The position numbers and the translations under genes were made by a program. The notes beneath the pieces were generated by a model. The model searched no databases, was not told the origin of the DNA, and was given only the letters and a program-made list of their open reading frames with translations. Below, piece after piece: positions 23,601 through 33,600 of a stretch of 64,000 bases of DNA. The stretch's first letter is position 1. Each line of letters opens with the position of its first letter. The stretch comes from Paragordius varius (taxonomy: Eukaryota; Animalia; Nematomorpha): contig OZ176054.1 of assembly GCA_964247055.1 (NCBI GenBank), positions 9,300,001 through 9,364,000 of the forward strand. Reading direction: 5' to 3'.

Positions 23601-26600
23601 AGACAGTTTGGAACGTGAAAAGAAAGTCCGTTCTGACTTGGAAAAAGCCAAGAAAAAATTAGAACAAGACCTTAAAATCGCACAAGTATTTTAAATAAAT
23701 TAATTTAATTTTTCCATTGAGTAAAACTTCAATCTATTATTTAATGCGATGCAGGAACAAGGCACCGATTTGGATGTGGCTAAGCGAGATCTTGAAGAAA
23801 ATGTAAAAAGAAAAGACAAAGATTTAGCCAATCTTAATTCCCGATTGGAAGACGAACAAAATATGGCTGGTCAGCTGCAACGAAAGATTAAAGAATTGCA
23901 GGTTTATAATTATTTTTTATACCAAAAAATATGCGATTATATATGAAAAAAATTAATAAAAAATCTTTAAAATTGATAACAACTGGGATAAAATAAAAAA
24001 TCATACATAAATAATTGGATAGTGCAATAGCCAAATGTTTATTGTGTTAGATAGGTCTGAAATAACCTCGATATTTCATTAATCCAAGCTTGAAAGCGCA
24101 AATGTTATCGATTCAGCACAGCATTTTACAAAATATTTGCACATAAAATCTAAAGCTGTTGGTTATTTTTTTAAAAATTATCTATTAGTGTTTTTGTAAA
24201 ATGCACATATATATAGAAGCATTTATTTTTTGTGGGGAAAAATTACCTTCAAAAAAATGTTTTGTGATTTCTTACAATTACATTAAAACCACAACATAAT
24301 TTTTTGTGACGTATATGCAAGGCTAAATTATAACATATTCTTTTTTATAAAGATCTTTTGATTTTTTATTGATATACATACTATACTATTTGTATCCAAT
24401 CTTTTGTTTTAAATTTTTCGGCTAATTATTGCATTTATACCCGTTTTGCCGTCCAAGTTTGTTGGTTTTGTTATTGAGTCGCCATCAATACATATATATC
24501 CCAGATCAGCCGCCCTATTCTTAATATTCACTGCCATATTTAACTATTGTCTATTTATTCGTTTAAGTTGAATTTATCTACGAAACGTATCTATTTTGTG
24601 CCTTGTATACACCCCTAATAGTCAATAAAATTTAAGTTAAAACTAAAATATGGACCAATCCCCCGAAACCTATGCACATCATTCAACAAACAATGGAAAC
24701 GGCGATAGAAATACGCAACGTATTAGCGATAATCCTGAATCCAAACCCCAAATAACGGCTGCCATTACGGCTAACACTGGACCTGGTATAAAGGTAGCTT
24801 CTGATGTCATCGGTGTCGCACAACAACCCATTCTTAAACCTATTATTTCACATCAAGTCCACAAGGATGGAGATGGTAGACCAGTTACCGTTGTAAGTTT
24901 TGGGGACGTGAATGAAATTAAACAACAAACATATCAGGGTAATGACAAAAATGGGGAGCATAATAAAACGACAAATGGAAACCATAATGGTCATCATAAA
25001 TTTAGCGCAACAACTAATGGAACATCGAGCACGTCAACTCACAAGAATGGAAATGGAAAAGGAAGTACAACTTATTCACACATTAGTAGCAATGGCAATA
25101 CTGCTGGTGCCAGCACTTATTCATCATATTATAGCGGAGGAGGTCATCTAGGATCCTATGGTTTCGGTTACGCAGATTATTACCCAAGATTCGAGCATTT
25201 ACGAATCCCCGGGAGGGAATATCTCGTTTCATCACCGTCTGCTCGACTTTCTACGCGGAGTCGAAGGATTATCCGTGAAAGTGCAGAGATTGAGATGGGT
25301 GAAATATTGCCAAGGACTGAACGTTCCATGCTGGAAGTTTGTCATTTGTAATATTTACGTGTTTGGTGGTCGCATAAAGCGATACATTCGGAAAATTTTC
25401 ATGAATACGGAAGATATTTGGATGACAAAAAAATCTTAGCTAAAACATAACTATATTATATTATATAAACTATGTGTTGTAAAATTTATAGTATATATTT
25501 TTATGAATATCTTGTATAAAATATATCCGTTTCTTAGTAAGCAGGTATTAAATTTTTATTATATGACAATTCTAACCCACATCCCCTATCTTTTTTTAGA
25601 GTCGCATAGAAGAATTGGAAGAGGAATTAGAAACTGAACGTCAATCTAGATCCAAGGTACGATCATTGATATGTTTTTTACGCATTTATGATATTAATTA
25701 CTGGATTAGTATGCTACGAATATATTATGTTTGAATGATAGATTGATAAACAACGCGCCGAACTTTCCCGTGAATTAGATGATTTATCAGAAAGATTAGA
25801 GGAACAGGGTGGTGCCAGCGCCGCTCAGATGGAGCTTAACAAAAAACGGGAGGTTGAAATCCAAAAACTTCGACGGGACCTTGAGGAAGCTCACATGCAA
25901 CACGAATCCACCACCAATGCCCTACGCAAAAAGCACAATGATGCCGTTGCCCAAATGGGTGAACAAATTGACCAGTTGCAAAAACTTAAGGCAAAGTAGG
26001 CTATTATATATATACATTATATTATATTGATATGTTTCATGAGCATATCTATTACAAATATTTTCAATGTGTTACAACACATATCTATATAGATTAGAGA
26101 AAGAGAAATCGCAAATGAAAGCCGAGTTAGATGATCTTTCTACCGGTGGTGAACACGTAGTTAAAGCCAAAGTAACTTATTATGAATTGTCCATGCATCC
26201 CTTACTAAATAATTATGATTCGAAATTTTATTAAACTCTCTACTTTAAAATAGGCCACGGCTGAAAAAGCCATTAAAGCTATTGAAGTGCAATTAGCCGA
26301 AAGTCAAATGAAATTGGATGAAAGCATTCGCAATGTAAATGAATTGGCTTCCAGCAAAAATCGTTTACAAAATGAAAATGCCGAACTCCAACGCCAACTT
26401 GAGGAAGCTGAATCCCAGGTCAATCAACTGACTAAAGTTAAAACTCAACTTAACAATCAATTAAACGAACTCCGAAACGCTCTTGATGAAGAATCCCGGG
26501 TTAGAATTTATAAATTATTAAATTTTAATCGATATAACAAAATAACTTATCGTATGAATGCTACCCAATCATATAGGAAAAATCTCAATTAAGCTCTCAA

Positions 26601-29600
26601 CTCCGAAATGCCCAACATGAAGCAGATACCTTGAGAGATCAATTGGATGAAGAGAGTGAATCCAAGGCTGAAATCCAAAGACAATTAACCAAAATAAATA
26701 GCGAATACGCTTCCCTTCGTTCCCGTGTTGATGGTGAATCTTCGACCCGTACTGAAGATTACGAAGATACCAGGTAGTTTATTTTTTTTGTTTAATGGCT
26801 GACATAAAACAGGAGAGTCCAACACGTGGCTTTGCTGTGTGTCCAACGAAAGATAAATACCCAATATATGCTCACAAAATTTTGATAAAATTGATGCTTT
26901 TTAATCAATTTGCTAAATTAGTTCTATCTAATTGGCCACGAGCTAACAGAATTCATATATGGTTGCATTTTACAACAGTCTTATTTTTGTAATAAAATAT
27001 TTATTAATATCCATATATACAAATGCGGCCCTTTGGGTTTTCGAGTCAAAAATGTGCTGTGAATCTATTTTTGTTTGACGCCTCTGGCTTTAAATAACCT
27101 ATAATCATTGGTTTTATCCGTTTGTAAAATAAAATAAATTAGGTAAAATGTGGAATACACCCCGGGAATAATCTAAATAACTTCTTTTACAGTTATATTG
27201 CCAATCTTTTTTAACAATTTAATTATTTTTTATTTGTTTTTTTTTATAATTTAGGAAAAAACTGCAACAACGATTACAACAAGCAGAGGAAGCATTAGAA
27301 GCCGCCCAAGTTAAAATCACCTCGCTCGAAAAAACGAAGCACCGTTTAAGTGCCGAGCTTGAAGATGCGCAAGTTGATGTTGAACGTGTAAAAATTAATT
27401 AAAATTATATTGTCAAAGATATTACCGTGTTTTCAATTTTTGGAGATTAAGTTTCAGCCTTACTAAAGCAAACAAAAAATACTTATCTTAATTATACATA
27501 TATTGCCCAACTTTTTTCATTATATAACATATTCATAGGCTAATAACATGGCATCCTCGTTTGAAAAGAAACAAAAAGGATTTGATAAAACCATATCTGA
27601 ATGGAAACAAAAGGTATCCGATATTAAACGTGAACTTGATGAATCTCAAAAAGAGAATAGAAACTTGTCCACCGAAATATTCCGTTATAAGTCCCACGCA
27701 GAAGAATATGATGATACTATTGATTCTCTTAAACGGGAAAACAAAAATCTTCAAGGTGTGTAATAACATATTGTTAAATATGGTTTCGTTTATAATTTTA
27801 GGGTACACCATAATAGTTTAATCTTTTGGCAGGCATTTTTATGTATGTCGCATTACCTAATAAGGGGTTTCGCTAAGAGTTTTTAAAACTATGCGCTTTT
27901 TACAGATGAAATCAAAGATTTAGTCGATCAGATGTCAGAAGAGGGCAAATCTGTCCATGAACTCGACAAAACCCGTAAACGCCTTGAAATCGAAAAGGAA
28001 GAACTCCAAACTGCGTTGGAAGAGGCCGAAAACGCTTTGGAACAAGAAGAAGGAAAACTAATGCGTGCACAACTTGAAATTGCCCAAGTTCGCCAAGAAA
28101 TTGATCGACGTTTACAAGAAAAGGATGAGGAGTTTGACAATACCCGGTAATTATATGCCTACCCAATATTTGTATACATATATTTTGGTGGTTTTGATCC
28201 ATTGACTTAATATATACATCATTTACACGTTAAATTGTCCATAAACGATTCAGATTCATCCCCTAAACACTTCAAATTAACCCTAAAAATTTCTTATATG
28301 TTAATATAAATTATTGTTATACGAACGAAATATTTCTTTATAGCATGTATTATTCCTGTATTATGTTAATTTTAAACGAAATTTTAATTTTTAATATAAA
28401 AAAGTATGGGTAATTTTGATACTCAAAAACAATTTATTTTAGGGTGAATTTGTATAGTTCCAGTGTTTTAAATTGTTTAAAAGTCAATTTGAATTTTGAA
28501 TGGTTTATAACATTAATATATAGCAAAAACCATGCCCGTATTGTTGAAAGTATGCAAGCAAGCTTGGAAGCCGAAGTTAGAGGCAAGGCTGAAGCCCTTA
28601 AAATGAAGAAAAAACTCGAATCCGACATAAATGAACTGGAAATTGCCGTGGATCAGGCCAACAGATCTAGTGCTGAGGCAATGAAAAATATTAAGAAGTA
28701 TCAAGATCAAATTAAACAACTCCAAAGCCAAATCGAAGATGAACAACGTAATAGAGATGATGCCCGTGAACAATACAGTATGGCTGAACGACGAGCCAAT
28801 ATTCTTCAAGTTTTTTTTATCTTTTTTACACCATTAATTAAATTTTGGAAAAATATATATACACGAAACCTGTATTTATTAATTTAGGGTGAAATCGAAG
28901 AAATTCGATCAGCCTTAGAAAATTCAGAACGTCTTCGTCGTAGCCTTGAGCTCGAGCTTAGTGATGCAAATGATCGCGCAAATGACACCTCAACCCAAGT
29001 TACGGCTCTCAATGGCCAAAAACGGAAGATGGAAAGCGAATTGGCTTCGCTCAAAACTGATTTGGATGAAAGCATAACGATACAAAAGGATTTGGAAGAT
29101 AAATTCAAAAAGGTATGTATATAATAATATATTTGACACAATAATCATAAAATTTTTTTGCAATATTATGGTACATATTCATACTGTATTAATTTTAATA
29201 TTTAGAGCTTAATGGATGTTCAACGATTGGCTGAAGAATTAAAACAAGAGCAAGATCACTCATTGCAAGTTGAGAAGAATAGAAAACAAATGGAAGTTCA
29301 AATAAAGGAAATGCAAGGCCGCCTGGATGAGGCTGAAGGCAACGTTCTTAAAGGAGGCAAAAAACTTATTGCCAAATTGGAAACGAGAGTATATTTTACA
29401 AAAATATTGTTTTATTCAACCCATGCGATACAAATAATTCCAAAATTAATTTGAAAACGTTTAGATTCGTGAGCTAACTAACGAAGCTGAAGCCGCTAAT
29501 AGACGCTATGCTGAAGCTGATAAATCGGCCAAAGCTAAGGAACGCAGAATGCGTGAAATGCAATTCGAAATTGACGAGGCAAAGAAAAATCAAGCCCACT

Positions 29601-30069
29601 TCCAAGACTTAGTTGACAAAATGCAACAGAAATTGAAGATTTACAAACGTCAAGTTGAAGAAGCGGTAAAAATACATAACTTTAATATTTATAGAAATTG
29701 ATAAATGGAAATGCTCACTCAATAATTCTGTTATAATTGTAGGAAGAGGTTGCTAGCATGAACTTGGCCAAATACCGCAAACTCCAACACGAACTTGAAG
29801 AAGCTGAAGAACGAGCCGAAAATTCCGAACAAGCCCTCACCAAAATGCGGGCTAAGAATAGAAGCTCCGCTTCTGTTGGGCCACCGCCTGCTCGATTGCC
29901 TCCGGGTGTGACAGTTGTTGGAATCGGATCTGCTGTAAATTTTAATATAATAAAATTGATAGATTTACAATGTTCTTAATTATGTCCTATATATGTCAAT
30001 ATATTATGTATTTAGAGACCAAGTCCGATACCGAAATCACCACGAAGAATTATTGAAGATTTGGAATAA
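14638..30069 (+). CDS. Mhc: Muscle myosin II heavy chain, 38 coding exon positions (40 with alternatives), about 1980-1987 aa
   Basis: Exons, all GT-AG and phase-consistent: 14638-14892, 16022-16165, 16473-16629, 16740-16767, [16939-17053 or 18049-18145], [18365-18457 or 18869-18964], 19104-19167, 19250-19348, 19762-19865, 19944-20082, 20293-20411, 20500-20649, 20873-21043, 21122-21301, 21413-21545, 21620-21684, 21742-21829, 21918-22035, 22116-22320, 22408-22545, 22627-22720, 22818-23074, 23353-23685, 23755-23901, 25600-25656, 25742-25995, 26093-26171, 26254-26499, 26577-26773, 27255-27387, 27539-27755, 27906-28146, 28524-28809, 28888-29112, 29206-29388, 29465-29665, 29743-29934, 30016-30069. 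Motifs: P-loop GESGAGKT, switch I NDNSSRF, switch II DIAGFE, relay FFNHHMF, SH1 [18 protein letters not shown]/neck [12 protein letters not shown], heptad rod. Confidence 0.97.
16939..17053 (+). CDS. Mhc: Mhc alternative exon 5a (P-loop + long loop 1)
   Basis: tttaag|C GGA GAA AGT GGT GCT GGG AAA ... AGT GCT|gtaagt; encodes [38 protein letters not shown]; 115 nt. Confidence 0.92.
17123..17325. mobile_element. TA-flanked MITE in the intron between Mhc exons 5a and 5b
   Basis: Imperfect TIRs cagtacccacacttttatgttggtcaatt / aattgaccaacaataaagaatgcactg with TA on both sides. Internal sequence is related to 19414-19547 and about 32035-32215. Confidence 0.55.
18049..18145 (+). CDS. Mhc: Mhc alternative exon 5b (P-loop + short loop 1)
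   Basis: ataaag|T GGT GAA TCG GGT GCT GGT AAA ... GAG AAA|gtgaat; encodes [32 protein letters not shown]; 97 nt; same phases as 5a. Confidence 0.92.
18365..18457 (+). CDS. Mhc: Mhc alternative exon 6a (end of loop 1 + switch I)
   Basis: gtttag|GGA ACC TTA ... CGT TTT|gtaagt; [31 protein letters not shown]; 93 nt. Confidence 0.92.
18869..18964 (+). CDS. Mhc: Mhc alternative exon 6b (end of loop 1 + switch I)
   Basis: gcttag|AAA GCA TCG TTA ... CGT TTT|gtaagt; [32 protein letters not shown]; 96 nt. Identical protein to 6a after the first residues, with many synonymous differences. Confidence 0.92.
19414..19547. mobile_element. 134-bp near-palindromic MITE in Mhc intron 8
   Basis: Arms tatttcacactatagtagggcaattgcaacacag / ctgtgttgcaaattgccctactatagtgtgaaata; about 50-bp inverted repeat with TA at both ends. 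Confidence 0.75.
24650..25336 (+). CDS. Alternative first coding exon of a headless myosin-rod isoform (catchin/myorod-like), predicted to splice to the exon at 25600; about 1083 aa in total
   Basis: 229 open codons from ATG inside a 1698-nt Mhc intron. In-frame TAA 2 codons upstream of the ATG. Phase-0 donor GAA|GTTTGT matches the phase-0 acceptor at 25600 ([14 protein letters not shown]). Confidence 0.8.
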
Positions 30070-30624
30070 ATAATTTTTATTTACCTAAAATCATCCCCCT
30101 TATTTTTATCTATGCTGTATAATTTTTGCATCGTTATTTTCCTATATTTTTTTCTATCTTTTACCCATATTTAGCGGATAGTTTGTTTTTAATCATTTAT
30201 TAATTTTACAATCATCTTGCATATAGAATTGTGTTATATATATGTACACAGTGCAATAAAAGTAGCTAATTGTTTCACGAAAGTTTCTTTCTCTACCTTA
30301 CCAGCTAGCTCGATAATTTTTATTATATTATTTTAAATATCCAAAAATAATTCATTTAATTTTTTTACAATCTGTGTAATACATTTGATTTAATAAATTA
30401 ACCCCTGATTATACATTTCTATTAGAAAGTACCTTAAATTAATACAAAACAAGTTTTCAATCTTATATAGTTGGGATTGAGAGTTATCTTCCAACAAATA
30501 TTGTTAATATCTATTGAAAACATGATCACCTAAATTAATCCAGTTTCAAAACGGTGTGTATATAACAGCTGTTTTTAAACCAAGGTTACCATGTGTTATA
30601 AATAACCATGTGAGTATTTTTCAC

Positions 30625-33600
30625 ATGTCCCTACCCTCAACACATCTTCTGTTAATATATTCGGCCAAACAAGTTATTCAGATCTGCACTAACCATGAAT
30701 TGTATCTATCTGGAAAAAATAGTAATATGTCCCAACTCTCAGAAAAATTGATCTTGGGAAAGAGGACGGGAATATCTATTGTGATTGATTTGTTAGTCAC
30801 TTTGATTATAATATATTAAGGAACGGAATCATTGAAGAAATAGATTATGATAACGTTATATTTGAACGATATGGATATGCTATTTTTGAAAATTACATTG
30901 ATGCTCGGGAAATGATAATACTACCGGGATTTATTGATGCCCATACTCATCCAGTATGGGCAGGTGACAGAATTAATGAATTTAATATGAAAGTAATTTA
31001 TAAAATACAAACTTTACAAAAAACATATATATAAGTGTGCTCAGAAATTATAAAAAATTTTGAAGATTATATCGCATATTTTAAGGTATTGGCATGCTTT
31101 AAGCAGCGATACTCAAATCGCGACCCTAAAGTGCTTGTCTATTCCCTAATTTAAAAGAGTGATTTTTATTTTGAGTGCTATTGTATTTTTTTTCAGTATT
31201 TAAAAAATACCGTTTAATTCAGTAATTTCTCAATTATAGGATTTTAATTTATAAGGAGAATTCCTGCTTTTTATATTGAAAATTATGCTTTCGATTTTGA
31301 TCATACGCATCTGAATTATCTTCATAATGATTCCAATTTAGAAGAATTATTTGACAGAAATCGCAAGCGTATTTTGAGTTTTGGCAGGATGTGCCAAATA
31401 AACATAAAATTTAAAATTATCTTTATTGTTTTGTTTCAAATCACTTTGAGGCGGCATATTAATAAATAAAATATGTTAAAAGATACATGTTGCCTATAAA
31501 AACCAGATTTGTTAAAAAACATTGATTGGTAATATTTCCATTTTGTAGAATTTTTATACAATATATTTAGTTTATAAATACCCGTATATAAAGTCATACA
31601 ATTTGTCGGTAGTGTGTTGTGGCCCTCGCGGAAAAAAACATTTTATGCGGTCAGTCAAATATTTTGGTGAATTTCACTGCTTTTAGATGTGGAATGCTAA
31701 CGTTAAGTTTGATTTATATTTAAAAACTAAAGTATATGAGTTTTTGTCTGCAAGTAATAGAATAATGTGTAGGTCATTCTAATGAATTTTACATTATATT
31801 ATTTTTTGTGTTTATAATAATGCATATTCGACCGTATTCACATAGAAAAGCTGCCATTTGTTATATATTATTTTATTAAGTAGAATCACCGTATTTGCAA
31901 ATCGTTACATCTAAATTTATTCCGTATATTTCTTATTTCAAATTGGCCTTTTTATCCCTTATCCATAAAATATATTTTTGACATTCTTAATAACATTGTT
32001 CATGTATCTTACTTATAGTTCCCACTTTTATATGAGCCATTTCACATTATTTTTGGCCGATTAGTTAAACAATAGGGTATGGATAAAAAACGAAAAATGT
32101 ATAAAATTATACAATTTTTCCCAATCTTACAACATTAAATTTTTCCTATTTAATTGCGGACAAAATTTGTTTTATATCATACGATCTGTATTATCAATTT
32201 GCCATCATAAATTTGTTATATATATATATATATATATCAGATTAAAGGTATGACATATCAAGAAATAGCAAAAGCAGGTGGTGGTATATTTTCTACAGTT
32301 TTGGCCACACAAATGGCGGATGAGGAAAGTTTATACACTACCCTAATTGAACGATTATTACTGATGGCTAGGAATGGAACAACAACCATAGAATGTAAAA
32401 CGTAAAAAATTTTCAATTATAAAGTTATGAGAAAAATAAACTATTATAACCAAAATGTAATATTTTGTTCTCGATACAAATAAGAAACAATAACACGTTG
32501 ACGGTTTAGATTTTTGACAATTATGGTCTTAATCGGGCTTTTATTACTGAAAAAAACATATATGTATATTGTTTAAAACAAAACGAGATTAACCATTTAA
32601 TTTTATTGTTATCCAGGTAATAATTGAACTGTTAGTGAATTATTAGGAATGGAACAATCAGTATTAGAAGGTAAAACGTAACAATTTTTTTACCAATTAT
32701 AAATTTGTGAGAAAAGAAGACCCATTATAACTGAATGTAGATTACATTGTGGGCAACTTTTAACCAGGCTTTTATTACAAAAACGGAAAATAACCATTTA
32801 ATTTGAATTATCATAATTGCGATTAAATTTAATTTAAATTTACTGCAAAATTTATCTTTCATGACTTATATCTCTTTAAGCGGTCACCGACATAATCATT
32901 AATATACCAGTCGAATAAAGCGAATGTAAAAAAATTGATTTATCAAAAGTTAGAAAATATAGTATTCATTTTTCAATAAGATATAAATGCATAAATACAT
33001 CTAAAATTAAATTTTATATATATATATATATATATATATTTAGGGGGTATGGCTTACAATGGGAAACAGAGGAAAAACTTTTGCGTGTTTTGAAGCTCGC
33101 TTCAGAAAACTTGCCCATTGATTTATCCATAACATATTTAGCCGCACATGCTATACCAAAGTATATTACCAACCAGCTAATCTATGCACTAATATTGATC
33201 GTCAAAATTGATTTGTTAATGATTAGTTATCAATGGAGTAAAAGAATTTATCAAATAATTCGCCAAATTTAAACAAAAATATTTGATAAATAATATAAAA
33301 TTTTAAATTATATAGTTTATGAATACGATCAAAGTAAAATTTAAGGAAGGAACCCAACACAGTTAACAAATATGACATATATATAGAAATATGGACGAAA
33401 CGTAAAAATATAAAGACATTTTTTTCCTAAGATACAACCATACTTTTTAAATTTGATTTTTTAAAATATAACTTATTGTTTTAAACATCAAAGTATAAAC
33501 AAGATGTTTATTGTTAACACGATCAATTAATTATTTTAAATTCATTATTGAATGATTTCAATAAGATAAATTAAGGTTTGAAAAGTATGGTTGTCTTTTA

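Noticed and set aside
24912-25439. ORFs 24912-25151 and 25158-25439
   Set aside because: They are alternative-frame shadows of the 229-codon nested exon and have no independent support.
19349-26253. Additional mutually exclusive exons at the insect-type Mhc positions (exon 9, relay, converter, hinge)
   Set aside because: The flanking introns are too short or are filled by a MITE, and I found no second copies.
19487-29141. Numerous short minus-strand ORFs across Mhc
   Set aside because: They are antisense shadows of myosin exons or MITE sequence.
30610-30820. GTGAGT donor giving a split ATG (AT|G) and a 211-nt AMDHD1 intron
   Set aside because: It would discard a segment with clear similarity to the AMDHD1 N-terminal strands. 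It remains possible as a minor isoform.
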